Part shown: piece after piece, positions 1 to 8,833 of the stretch
How positions within the stretch are numbered: position 1 is the stretch's first letter
Layout: every line of letters begins with the position of its first letter
NCBI GenBank assembly: GCA_041662745.1
Contig: JBAZRV010000004.1
Location: 1-32,000, forward strand
DNA from: Patescibacteria group bacterium
GTDB taxonomy: Bacteria; Patescibacteriota; Patescibacteriia; 2-01-FULL-39-33
Length of the DNA stretch: 32,000 nucleotides
Direction: 5' to 3'
Translations under genes and position numbers: made by a program
The notes under the pieces: generated by a model
What the model was told of the DNA's origin: nothing
Database searches by the model: none
Seen by the model: only the letters and a program-made list of their open reading frames with translations

Positions 1-189
1 AAATGAAGAGAAACTTCATTTATTCAAAAAAGTCGGTTCGAACTTTATTATTGAAGCTCGAACCGTACTTTTTGAGCCACGCGGAGCGTGGCGAACCCTT
101 TCAGATTCAGGATTTTTTGGGGGGAATTCAGAACAGACGGCGCTTCGTGCCGACCCCATTTCGGCTTCCAATTCCGATTTTCAATTTTG

Positions 190-277
190 GCGGAGAGGGC
201 GAGATTCGAACTCGCGGTCCTTTTAAGGGGACTTCAGTTTTCAAGACTGACGCATTCAACCGCTCTGCCACCTCTCC
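190..277 (-). tRNA. tRNA-Ser(UGA), CCA encoded
   Basis: Reverse complement GGAGAGGTGGCAGAGCGGTTGAATGCGTCAGTCTTGAAAACTGA...GAGTTCGAATCTCGCCCTCTCCGCCA: 7-bp acceptor stem, anticodon loop CTTGAAA, long variable arm, T-loop TTCGAAT. Confidence 0.95.
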
Positions 278-564
278 AGACATCAAATCAAAAAGGAGGG
301 CTACCGCGTTCCGCTCTCCTAACCGTTAAAGAAACTCTTCGGAGCAGTCGGGTTAAGTACCACCAACTGCGGGTTTCACAAGGGTATTATAGCATGATTT
401 TTTAGCGTTCGTCAATGTACTCGGGTCGGGGTCTAATTTAAAATGAGACAAATGAGACACTATAAAAAGAGGAATAATCTATGTCTCAGTTTGACAGATT
501 TAAAACTTTATAGCGTAATATTATTTAGATATTTTCAAGACAATAAATATGCGTCAGCAATACA

Positions 565-1278
565 TTAATGCTCTAAATCATAACTACTATTGAACATGCC
601 AATTTCTCCTGTTTCTGAATTCCTAACCACACTGTCTATTAATCTTGACTTGCTCTCGCCGATATAACCGTCGAGCGAATAAGATTCTAGGCGCCTTAAC
701 CCGCGTCCGGAATATTCCAAGGTTTTGAACATATACCCGATGAATGATCCGGTAAAACGATAACATCTGATGCAGCCAATTAGCCTGGCCTCCAATTCGT
801 CATTATGCCCCCGCCAGCAGAACAGCTTTGGACAATACTCCAGCCATTGGTTAACCAGGTATTTTAAAAAAATCACGAGCTGCTTTTGAGCGCTTAGATT
901 TCCCTTCTGGGCAATGCGCACCAAAACAATGCTGATTTCATCCCTTAATTTCTTATCGTCCTCGTCTAAAGCAGAAATAAAAATATATAATTTAGAGCGG
1001 TATGCATTTAGAACAACATCGAGTTCTTTTTTATTTCGATATAACTTTATTTTATGGTGGTTTTTTCTGTATGGATGCCATCGAGGCTGGAATTCCCGAC
1101 TAATGCTTCGGATCACTTTGTCCCAATCAATGCTGCCGACCTCGGTTCTGATATTCTTAAAAATAAACCGATAAACGGCCGGCGAGTTTTTCAATATCCA
1201 AGAACTGCTGAAAGTTTTAGGCTGTTGCTCTGATAGGATCAGATTTAGCGATTTTATTACCTGATTAAAATTTTTCAA
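565..1278 (-). CDS. Hypothetical protein; weak resemblance to sigma-70 region 2 around RLIGCIRCYRFTGSFIGYMFKTLEYSGRGLRRLESYSLD
   Basis: 237-aa ORF; only by-eye motif resemblance. Confidence 0.5.
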   Translation of the reverse strand: MKNFNQVIKSLNLILSEQQPKTFSSSWILKNSPAVYRFIFKNIRTEVGSIDWDKVIRSISREFQPRWHPYRKNHHKIKLYRNKKELDVVLNAYRSKLYIFISALDEDDKKLRDEISIVLVRIAQKGNLSAQKQLVIFLKYLVNQWLEYCPKLFCWRGHNDELEARLIGCIRCYRFTGSFIGYMFKTLEYSGRGLRRLESYSLDGYIGESKSRLIDSVVRNSETGEIGMFNSSYDLEH

Positions 1279-1383
1279 TATTAAAAATAGTTTATTTATG
1301 ACATTACTTTATACCCGGAAAAGCAACAATACAAGATAGAGTCGAAACTAAACAAAATTAATCAAAAATGTTAAAATGGTGTT

Positions 1384-2235
1384 ATGGCAAAAACCACTAA
1401 AAAATCCGCTAATAAAACCAGAAGGACTATATATAATCAGGATTATTATAAGGCGCAAGCCATGGCTAAAGATCCTTGGTTTATTGAAAAAGTCAGCTGG
1501 CTAAAATCACGCTTTGCTGAAATCGGCTGCCCTATTCCAGAGGGCGGTTTTGGAAGTTATAAAGAATACATCGCCTGGAATGGCAGATTCTGGAAAAAAT
1601 TCGCTGAAATGCAAGACAGCCAGGAATTCCATGATGAGAGGACAAAGATTACCGGGGGCAAAAGCAATATATCGCGAGAAGAGTACTGGAAACTTGCTGA
1701 TTTTGAGGAAAAATTCTTGCCGCCCATATACGGCCGCCATATAAAGGAAATTCTCGCGCATTTTGGTTTTCCCGAACAGGGATACTTCCATGATTTTGTC
1801 GAATATGGAATTTTTCTTGGCAAAAAAAATTATTCTAATTCACCATTCAATGTGCAGATGATCCGTAATAAAGACACCAAGAAATGGGAACTTTTCATAC
1901 AAATTTACGGTTTTACAAAAAAAGACGACATTTCCAATAACTGGGATCTTATAGCTAATGAACAAAAATATCTTCCTGATTACTTAGGCAAGAGCAAGGA
2001 ATGGGAAACTTTTAATCGGGATTTGGAGGTCTATGATTTGTATAAAAAACTACTACCCGGCAAGGAAATAAAGAAAAAACGCAATATTGAATATGGAGAC
2101 TTCTTTTTACCGAGATCTGTTGATGCGGCTATATTCGCAAAAATTTATGAAAAATATCCAGAATTAAGCACGGAATTGATCAGAAATATCATCCATCGGA
2201 CGAAAAAACGGCTGGGCGAGTTGCCAAACGGCTAA
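1384..2235 (+). CDS. Hypothetical protein
   Basis: 283-aa ORF preceded by an AT-rich intergenic region, co-oriented with the following island genes. Confidence 0.7.
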   Translation: MAKTTKKSANKTRRTIYNQDYYKAQAMAKDPWFIEKVSWLKSRFAEIGCPIPEGGFGSYKEYIAWNGRFWKKFAEMQDSQEFHDERTKITGGKSNISREEYWKLADFEEKFLPPIYGRHIKEILAHFGFPEQGYFHDFVEYGIFLGKKNYSNSPFNVQMIRNKDTKKWELFIQIYGFTKKDDISNNWDLIANEQKYLPDYLGKSKEWETFNRDLEVYDLYKKLLPGKEIKKKRNIEYGDFFLPRSVDAAIFAKIYEKYPELSTELIRNIIHRTKKRLGELPNG

Positions 2236-2320
2236 GCATATCGTTTAAAATAAACAATTGACTCTGCAAAAAGGCTTACAATTAATGTAGGCTTTTTTTA
2301 ATTTGCAATAATCGAATAAT

Positions 2321-3592
2321 ATGAAAGAAAAACTCCAATGGTCAACCGCCAAAAGAAGAGTGTCCGATCTCGTTCCTTACGAAAAAAATCCTCGTAAATT
2401 AGACGAAAAACAGGCTGCAGATTTAAGCCGAAGCCTTAAAAAATTCTCTTTGGTCGAAATTCCTGCAATCAATTTAGACGGAAAAATCCTTGCTGGACAT
2501 CAAAGGGTGAAAATTATGAAGTTGCTCGGCCGAGGTGAAGAAATCATCGATGTCAGGATTCCAAATCGAAAACTGACGGAGGCCGAATACAATGAATACC
2601 TTTTAAGAAGCAACGCTAACACTGGGAGCTGGAACTACGACTTGCTCCAAAATTATAATATGGATCTGTTGCTGGACATCGGATTCGATGATACCCAACT
2701 TTCCCAGATTTGGGACGGATTGGAAATTGAGGATGACCAGTTCGATGTCGAGAAAGAAATAAAGCGAGCCAAAAAAACAAACATTAAAACCGGCGATTTA
2801 TTCCAGCTGGGAAATCATTTTCTTATCTGCGGTGACAGCCACGAGCAGAAGACATTAGACCGGCTGCTGGGAAACAAAAAAGTCGGCATGATATACAACG
2901 ATCCGATTTATAATATCGGGATCGACTATGACAATGGCATCGGCGGAAAAGCCAATTACGGCGGAAAAGTTAATGATCACAAAACCGGCAGCGAATATAA
3001 GGATTTTTTAAAACAAGGGCTGGAAAACTCCTTGCGGCATGCGGAAAAAAATTGCCACGTTTTTACCTGGAACGACCAGAACAATATTTGGTTGGTGCAG
3101 ACGCTATATAAAGAATTAGGAATAAAGAATCAGAGAGTCTGCTTTTGGGTAAAAAACGGGTTTAATCCCACCCCGAAGATCGCTTTCAATAAGGCGACGG
3201 AAAGCTGCATTTACGGTACGGTTGGCAAACCATTCCTTTCGCCGTATTCAAAAAAGCTCTGCGAAGTTCTGAATAAGGAAATAGGAACGGGCAACCGGGC
3301 CCTTGATGACATCTTAGATATTTTCGATATCTGGCTGGCAAAAAGGGACGCCGGATCAAACTATAACCACAGCACTCAAAAGCCCTTGACTCTACACGAA
3401 AAACCGCTAAAGCGTTGCACCAAGCCCGGCGATATCGTTTTAGATATTTACGGCGGATCAGGATCGACTTTGTTAAGTTGCGACCAATTGAGAAGGATCT
3501 GCTATACGTCCGAGCAAAGCAATATATTCTGCCAATTAATAATCAACCGCTATGAAACAGCCACAAACGTTAAAGCCAAAAAAATCGCCTAA
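2321..3592 (+). CDS. ParB/Srx-like N-terminal domain fused to DNA (N4/N6) methyltransferase
   Basis: N-term VSDLVPYEKNPRKL...ILAGHQRVKIMKLLG (ParB-like); MTase motifs MIYNDPIYN (DPPY-like) followed by DIVLDIYGGSGSTLLSC (FxGxG-like), beta-class order. Confidence 0.88.
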   Translation: MKEKLQWSTAKRRVSDLVPYEKNPRKLDEKQAADLSRSLKKFSLVEIPAINLDGKILAGHQRVKIMKLLGRGEEIIDVRIPNRKLTEAEYNEYLLRSNANTGSWNYDLLQNYNMDLLLDIGFDDTQLSQIWDGLEIEDDQFDVEKEIKRAKKTNIKTGDLFQLGNHFLICGDSHEQKTLDRLLGNKKVGMIYNDPIYNIGIDYDNGIGGKANYGGKVNDHKTGSEYKDFLKQGLENSLRHAEKNCHVFTWNDQNNIWLVQTLYKELGIKNQRVCFWVKNGFNPTPKIAFNKATESCIYGTVGKPFLSPYSKKLCEVLNKEIGTGNRALDDILDIFDIWLAKRDAGSNYNHSTQKPLTLHEKPLKRCTKPGDIVLDIYGGSGSTLLSCDQLRRICYTSEQSNIFCQLIINRYETATNVKAKKIA

Positions 3593-4325
3593 GATGGGCA
3601 CTATCTGGCAATTGGGCGAACATCGCCTCGCTTATGGCGACTGCCGCAATGCCGAATTGCTTGAGCAGCTTTTCGGCCAAGAAAAAATCAACCTTATTTG
3701 CACTGACGTGCCTTATGGCGTAGCAGCGGTGGAATCGAAAAGAAATTTTCATCGACTGTCAAAAGATAAGGAGATTGCCAATGACCATCTGCAATCGGAC
3801 ATCGAGTATCAAACTTTCACTGGGCAATGGCTGAATGCCGTTACGCCTTTTCTGGCCGTTAAGAATTCTGCCTATGTTTTCAACGCCGATAAAATGATCT
3901 GGCCGCTTAGGGAAGGATTGATTGATTCCGGATTCAAAGTCGCCCAGCTTATTATCTGGGTTAAATCGCAGGCCGTCATCGGCCGCCTGGACTACGCTCC
4001 GCAACATGAATTAATTCTGTACGGCTGGCATGGCACGCACCGCTTCCGGCACTCCAAAGACAAGTCCGTCCTTTTCTACCCGCGCCCGACTAAAAGCAGA
4101 CTCCATCCAAGTACAAAGCCAATCGGACTGATTCGCCGGCTCATTCTTAATTCCTCGGAAGTCGGCGATGCGATTTTTGACGGCTTCCTTGGATCGGGCA
4201 CTGCATTATTAGCTTGCGAGCAAACTAAGCGCCGCTGTTTTGCAGTTGAGATAGATTATGAATATTGCCTGACTGCTATCCGGCAATGGGAAAAAATGAC
4301 AGATAAATTAGCAATAAAAATATGA
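3552..4325 (+). CDS. DNA methyltransferase (DNA modification methylase)
   Basis: LICTDVPYGV (DPPY-like), HPSTKPIGLIRRLI, DAIFDGFLGSGTALLACEQTKRRCFAVEIDYEY. Confidence 0.85.
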   Translation: MKQPQTLKPKKSPKMGTIWQLGEHRLAYGDCRNAELLEQLFGQEKINLICTDVPYGVAAVESKRNFHRLSKDKEIANDHLQSDIEYQTFTGQWLNAVTPFLAVKNSAYVFNADKMIWPLREGLIDSGFKVAQLIIWVKSQAVIGRLDYAPQHELILYGWHGTHRFRHSKDKSVLFYPRPTKSRLHPSTKPIGLIRRLILNSSEVGDAIFDGFLGSGTALLACEQTKRRCFAVEIDYEYCLTAIRQWEKMTDKLAIKI

Positions 4326-4726
4326 AAGACGATCAAAAATTAAAACAGTTGGCGATCGAACAATTGGGCAAAACTCCAATCGTCCAGGTTGTTTGCGAAA
4401 AAATCGGCTTGCCTCGCTCAACTTTTTACAAATGGAAAGCTAAGGACGATAAATTTTCAGAAGCGGTCGATAAGGCTATGTTTGACGGGCGGAATTTAAT
4501 CAATGACTTTGCCGAATCACAGCTTATCAGCAATATTAAAAATAATCAGCTGACCGCAATTATCTATTGGCTTAACCATAATCACAAGAATTACGGCAAT
4601 AAACTGGAAATAAACGGCAAGTTGAAAAACGATAATGCTCCGCTGACTCCGGAACAAGAGCAAGCCATTATGAGAGTAGTGGAATTAGCTGATTCCACAA
4701 ATCAACATTTAATAAATAACCCATAA
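4322..4726 (+). CDS. Helix-turn-helix protein, probable terminase small subunit
   Basis: ATGA overlap with the upstream MTase; HTH VCEKIGLPRSTFYKWKAKDDKFSEAVDKA; immediately upstream of the large terminase gene. Confidence 0.7.
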   Translation: MKDDQKLKQLAIEQLGKTPIVQVVCEKIGLPRSTFYKWKAKDDKFSEAVDKAMFDGRNLINDFAESQLISNIKNNQLTAIIYWLNHNHKNYGNKLEINGKLKNDNAPLTPEQEQAIMRVVELADSTNQHLINNP

Positions 4727-4730
4727 ATGT

Positions 4731-6257
4731 ATGGAAGTCCAACAAAATGAAGCTTTGGCTTCAAATGATGTTTCCTTAAGAGAAATCATCTCCAACCAAT
4801 CAATGCGAAGCGAGCTGACCCGTCAAAGCCACTGGTGGTTCTTCAATATCTACCTGAACCACTATGTCTCCTATGCAGCCGCTCCCTTCCACAAGCAAAT
4901 TTTCAGCCTAACTGATGACGAAACTATTAAAACCCTGCTTTTGGTGGCCTTCAGAGGCAGTGCCAAATCAACCATCCTGACTTTGTCTTACCCCATCTGG
5001 GCGATCTTGGGCAAGCAGCAAAAGAAGTTTGTCATTATCCTCGGCCAGACCCAAAGGCAGGCCAGGCAGCATTTGGTTAATATCAGGCGCGAACTCGAGG
5101 CCAATGAACTGTTACGGCAAGATCTCGGGCCCTTTAAGGAGATCGAAGACGAATGGGGCTCGTATTCATTGGTTATTCCTAAATACGGAGCCAGGATTAC
5201 GGCCGCCTCCATGGAGCAGACAATCAGAGGTGTGCGACATAATCAGTTCAGGCCGGACTTAATCGTCTGCGATGACATCGAAGACCTGCAAAGCGTTAAA
5301 ACCAAGGAAGGCCGGGATAAAATCCAGCAATGGATTACCGGCGAGGTTATCCCGGCCGGCGATTTGAACACCAGAATCGTCTTTGTCGGCAATTTACTGC
5401 ATGAGGATTCGCTGTTAATGCGAATCAAGGAAAAAATCATTAAAAAAGATATCGATGGCTATTTTCTGGAAATCCCCTTGATTGACAAGGACGGACAGAT
5501 TACCTGGCCGGGTAAATTCGCCAACCTGGAGGATATCGAAAAAGAAAAGAAAAAAATCGGCAATGAAATCTCCTGGCAGCGGGAATACCTGTTGCGGATT
5601 ATCTCCGACAGCGAGCGAGTCATTCATCCTGATTGGATCACCCATTACGAGAAGCTGCCGCCGTTTGACTTTGAGAAGTTTGACTTTAGGTTTACGGCTA
5701 CCGGCATTGATCTGGCTATCTCACAAAAGGACTCAGCTGATTACACAGCCATGGTTTCAGCCCATGTCTATGGCTATGAGCAGAACCTGAAAATCTACAT
5801 CGTGCCCAACCCGATCAATCAGCGGATGACGCACAGTGAAACCTTGAATACGGCCATGAACTTATCCAAATCACTGGGCGAAGGCGAAATGACACACATA
5901 TTAGTCGAAGATGTCGGCTACCAGCAATCAGTCACTCAGGAGCTGGTACGCATGGGCTATCCGGCCAAATCAGTCAAAGTCCATGGCAGCGACAAACGGT
6001 CAAGATTAGCTTTGACTAGCCATTTGATACAGAACAAAACAATCTTGTTTCCACCGCAGGGAGCTGAGCTATTGATCAGCCAACTGGTCGGCTTCGGCGT
6101 AGAGAAACATGACGACTTGGCCGATGCCTTTTCGCTGCTGATTAACAAAATTATCAGCATGAATCATAAGGAGCAGGGCGTAGGATTGTGGGTGCTGACT
6201 GAAGACGGCTGGAGCGGCGGCCGCTACAGAACCAGGGGCAAGGAATTTGAGGATTAA
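4731..6257 (+). CDS. Phage terminase large subunit
   Basis: Walker A-like LLLVAFRGSAKSTILTLSYP, Walker B-like RPDLIVCDDIEDLQS, C-terminal nuclease-like segment FTATGIDLAISQKDSADYTA...ILVEDVGYQQS. Confidence 0.88.
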   Translation: MEVQQNEALASNDVSLREIISNQSMRSELTRQSHWWFFNIYLNHYVSYAAAPFHKQIFSLTDDETIKTLLLVAFRGSAKSTILTLSYPIWAILGKQQKKFVIILGQTQRQARQHLVNIRRELEANELLRQDLGPFKEIEDEWGSYSLVIPKYGARITAASMEQTIRGVRHNQFRPDLIVCDDIEDLQSVKTKEGRDKIQQWITGEVIPAGDLNTRIVFVGNLLHEDSLLMRIKEKIIKKDIDGYFLEIPLIDKDGQITWPGKFANLEDIEKEKKKIGNEISWQREYLLRIISDSERVIHPDWITHYEKLPPFDFEKFDFRFTATGIDLAISQKDSADYTAMVSAHVYGYEQNLKIYIVPNPINQRMTHSETLNTAMNLSKSLGEGEMTHILVEDVGYQQSVTQELVRMGYPAKSVKVHGSDKRSRLALTSHLIQNKTILFPPQGAELLISQLVGFGVEKHDDLADAFSLLINKIISMNHKEQGVGLWVLTEDGWSGGRYRTRGKEFED

Positions 6258-6411
6258 TTAACTGATATTAATGAAATGAACGCTGATCATATTTAATTGC
6301 AATTATTGATATTTTGTTGTAATTTAATACAAATAGCATAAAATTATTATCAAAAAACTCTAATTTTAGATAAAATTTACATTTTCCTCAATAACTATCG
6401 ATTTTCAGCTC

Positions 6412-6440
6412 TTGACAAAATTTTGACGATATGCTATAAT
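6412..6440 (+). promoter_or_regulatory. Sigma-70-type promoter upstream of DGR target gene 1
   Basis: TTGACA (6412-6417), 17-nt spacer, TATAAT (6435-6440) with TG in the extended -10 position (TGCTATAAT). Confidence 0.75.
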
Positions 6441-6480
6441 TACCTATTAAAATAGTTCATTAAAGCAGTGTAAATTAATA

Positions 6481-6533
6481 TGAGGCGAGCGCTTTGCAGG
6501 CCATAAATAATGGTTTTCAGAGCGCTCGCCTCA
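6481..6533 (+). promoter_or_regulatory. 5'-leader stem-loop of DGR target gene 1
   Basis: Perfect 13-bp stem TGAGGCGAGCGCT (6481-6493) / AGCGCTCGCCTCA (6521-6533), with internal CCAT/ATGG pairing. Confidence 0.65.
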
Positions 6534-6606
6534 TTCCGGGGCAAAAGCCGCCAGTCCGAGCGATTCGGGCAAGTCAGCAGTACCAATCAAGAAAGGAAGG
6601 TATGCC

Positions 6607-7380
6607 ATGGGTAATCCCACGGTGAGCCGTACCCTGTCGGTACACAAGGAACACGAAGTATTATTGAAACTGGAAGCCGCCGGCCTCGATGACGATCTGG
6701 CCCAAAAAGTCATTGACTCCAAAGACAACGACTTGGCCATGAAAGTCATCCGGCTGATTCAGAACGGCGGATTCGAAGCGACCACGAGCCAGAAACGCGC
6801 CCGCGAAATCATGGGCACGAACATGTTCGGCGTCGAGGAAGCTATCCTCCATTTCGGCGTCAATCCCAGCAAAGCGCAACTGGCCGCTCTCTCCGAGATT
6901 CCGTTCTCCGAGGCGGTACTCGCTCAATGCAAAGACACGCACGTTTTGGTGGCAATCTTCCCGCTGTCCATCCTGGAGATCCGCGGCAAGGTAAAGCGCG
7001 GTCTGTTCTACAGCTACGAGGACTCCTGGTATAACAAACAGTCGTTCGCGAAAGACCGCGGCGAAGTGGGTTGGCAACTCGTGCGCAAAACGCCGGTTGA
7101 CAACTCAACGGCGAAGAACTGGACGGAACAGCAAGCGTTGCTGGGCAAGGAAGACGAGACGCCGACCGCCCAGGTTCTGGCCTACACCATCATCGGGCAT
7201 TTCCTGGCCACAGGCGAACGGCTGTTCGAAAAGATCTACGTCCGTACGTCCACTGTGGTTTTGGTCGGCGGCCGCGTCCACCTCGGCTTCTTCGATGCTG
7301 CCGGCCTCGGGGTCTACGGCCGCTGGGCTGACGATCGCCATGGCGCTCTGGCCGTCTCCTCCGCCCGGAAGTCCAACTGA
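6607..7380 (+). CDS. DGR target protein 1, C-terminal variable region (likely C-type-lectin/FGE-like fold)
   Basis: 257 aa; AREIMGTNMFGVEEAILHFGVNPSKAQLAAL...LFEKIYVRTS, then variable segment GGRVHLGFFDAAGLGVYGRWADDRHGALAVSSARKSN aligning to the TR; AAGGAAGG upstream of ATG. Confidence 0.92.
   Translation: MGNPTVSRTLSVHKEHEVLLKLEAAGLDDDLAQKVIDSKDNDLAMKVIRLIQNGGFEATTSQKRAREIMGTNMFGVEEAILHFGVNPSKAQLAALSEIPFSEAVLAQCKDTHVLVAIFPLSILEIRGKVKRGLFYSYEDSWYNKQSFAKDRGEVGWQLVRKTPVDNSTAKNWTEQQALLGKEDETPTAQVLAYTIIGHFLATGERLFEKIYVRTSTVVLVGGRVHLGFFDAAGLGVYGRWADDRHGALAVSSARKSN
7252..7368 (+). repeat. DGR variable region VR1
   Basis: 117-bp ungapped alignment to TR 8834-8950 with 21 differences: 20 at TR adenines and one C->T (TR tcg -> VR ttg). 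Confidence 0.93.
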
Positions 7381-7393
7381 ACCTTGAATCTTT

Positions 7394-7408
7394 GAGGGCT
7401 TGACCCTC
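7394..7408 (+). repeat. Hairpin just downstream of VR1
   Basis: GAGGG-CTTGA-CCCTC, 14 nt after the stop codon; identical hairpin downstream of VR2. Confidence 0.6.
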
Positions 7409-7418
7409 TTGATTCCTT

Positions 7419-7456
7419 GAGCCTTCGGCGCGAATTTTTTTCGTCGCCGAAGGCTC
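7419..7456 (+). terminator. Stem-loop after target gene 1
   Basis: Perfect 12-bp stem GAGCCTTCGGCG (7419-7430) / CGCCGAAGGCTC (7445-7456). The T-run is in the loop, so it is not a canonical intrinsic terminator. Confidence 0.45.
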
Positions 7457-7542
7457 ACTTCTTTCCTACTATAACCATTGATAGTTTAATAATATTAGTA
7501 ATTGTCCCTTAAAATAAATGTGATAAAAAAATAGATTGAAAT

Positions 7543-7584
7543 GAGCGTTTTGGATGCCAAAGAATTTTGGTTTCTAAAACGCTC
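7543..7584 (+). promoter_or_regulatory. 5'-leader stem-loop of DGR target gene 2
   Basis: GAGCGTTTT (7543-7551) / AAAACGCTC (7576-7584), inner CCAAA/TTTGG; followed by CTCATTCCG as in the gene 1 leader. Confidence 0.6.
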
Positions 7585-7683
7585 GTCTCATTCCGAGACA
7601 AGACGTAACAACGGGATCGTATTCCCATTTCTAGTCGCCCCAAACAAAAAAAACAAGGGGCTAACAGAAAAGGAGCACATACC

Positions 7684-8463
7684 ATGAAGTGGACAGAAAT
7701 CCTTGCAGGAGAATTGCATGCAGCCGAGCAACGCCTCAGGGTCGCCTTGGGCGACAAGGCCAGCGAAGTTGTCGAGAAAATCAACAGCGATGCCGCTTTT
7801 GCGGACTCGGTCGCCGCGCAAATCATTATGATGGCGGGCGAGGCTGACAAAAGTTCCACCAGCTTGAACCCGCAATGGTTGCGCGCCCGCGAAATCATGG
7901 GCACGAATATGTTCGGCGTCGAAGAAGCCATGAAGCATTTCGGCGTCAATCCCAGCAAAGCACAGCTCGCCGCTCTCGCCGAGATTCCCTTCTCGGAGGC
8001 AGTGCTCGAACAGTGCAAGAACACGCATGTCCTGGTTGCGGTCTTTCCGCTGTCGATTCTCGACATCCGGAGCAAGGCCAATGTCAAGAAGCTGTTCTAC
8101 GACCAGTCGTGGTACAATGGCGAGTCCTTCGCCAAAAGCCGCGGCAAGATCGGCTGGCAACTCGTGCGCAAAACGCCGGTTAGCAACTCAACGTCAAAGA
8201 ATTGGAGCGAACAGCAAGCTCTGATCAGTCAAGACGATGAAACGCCGACCGCCCAGGTTCTGGCCTACACCATCATCGGGCATTTCCTGGCCACGGGTGA
8301 ACGGCTGTTCGAACGCATTTACGTCCGTACATCGTCTGTGGGTTCGGGCGGCAGCCGCGTCCCCCTCGGCGACTTCGCTGCTGCCGGCCTCCGGGTCTAC
8401 GGCAGCTGGGATGACCATCGCGATGGCGATCTGGCCGTCTCCTCCGCCCGGAAGTCCAACTGA
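7684..8463 (+). CDS. DGR target protein 2, C-terminal variable region
   Basis: 259 aa, paralogue of 6607-7380; variable segment GSGGSRVPLGDFAAAGLRVYGSWDDHRDGDLAVSSARKSN; AAAAGGAG before ATG. Confidence 0.93.
   Translation: MKWTEILAGELHAAEQRLRVALGDKASEVVEKINSDAAFADSVAAQIIMMAGEADKSSTSLNPQWLRAREIMGTNMFGVEEAMKHFGVNPSKAQLAALAEIPFSEAVLEQCKNTHVLVAVFPLSILDIRSKANVKKLFYDQSWYNGESFAKSRGKIGWQLVRKTPVSNSTSKNWSEQQALISQDDETPTAQVLAYTIIGHFLATGERLFERIYVRTSSVGSGGSRVPLGDFAAAGLRVYGSWDDHRDGDLAVSSARKSN
8335..8451 (+). repeat. DGR variable region VR2
   Basis: 117-bp ungapped alignment to TR 8834-8950; 18 differences, all at TR adenines (18 of 27 TR adenines altered). Confidence 0.96.
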
Positions 8464-8476
8464 ACCTTGAATCTTT

Positions 8477-8491
8477 GAGGGCTTGACCCTC
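8477..8491 (+). repeat. Hairpin just downstream of VR2
   Basis: GAGGG-CTTGA-CCCTC; same sequence and spacing from the stop codon as at VR1. Confidence 0.6.
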
Positions 8492-8562
8492 TTGATTCCT
8501 TGAGCCTTCGGCGCGAATTTTTTCGCAATGCCGGAGGCTTATTTTCTTTTTAAACTATTTTT

Positions 8563-8571
8563 TGCTATAAT
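8563..8571 (+). promoter_or_regulatory. Candidate extended -10 promoter for the TR transcript
   Basis: TGCTATAAT at 8563-8571; same 9-mer as the target gene 1 promoter. No good -35. Confidence 0.45.
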
Positions 8572-8833
8572 TATTTTGTTCGCTAATGCAGGCGCGGTTA
8601 CGGCTTCGCCTCGCGGACAGCTCATCTTTTTGAGACGTCACCAGAGTATCGCCGTCCACGGATTGCGATAGCGTGTGATAAAAAGATTGAGATGGAACTT
8701 CTTGCCCGCTCTTAGTGGAGGTGATCTTACGCTATCTGCTCCCGAATAAAATACAGGAGAGAAAGGACATAGGCCTGTTTTTTAATAGGCAGTAAACCTT
8801 AATTTCCAGTGATCCTGGCGAGAGCTGGCAAAT

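Noticed and set aside
3-405. ORFs 3..329 and 88..405 on the + strand
   Set aside because: They read antisense through tRNA-Ser(UGA) (GGEGEIRTRG / RARFELA), a familiar source of spurious ORFs.
6531-8470. Overlapping minus-strand and alternate-frame ORFs over the DGR target genes
   Set aside because: GC-rich coding DNA gives shadow ORFs; the + strand frames have ribosome-binding sites, paralogy and VR homology.
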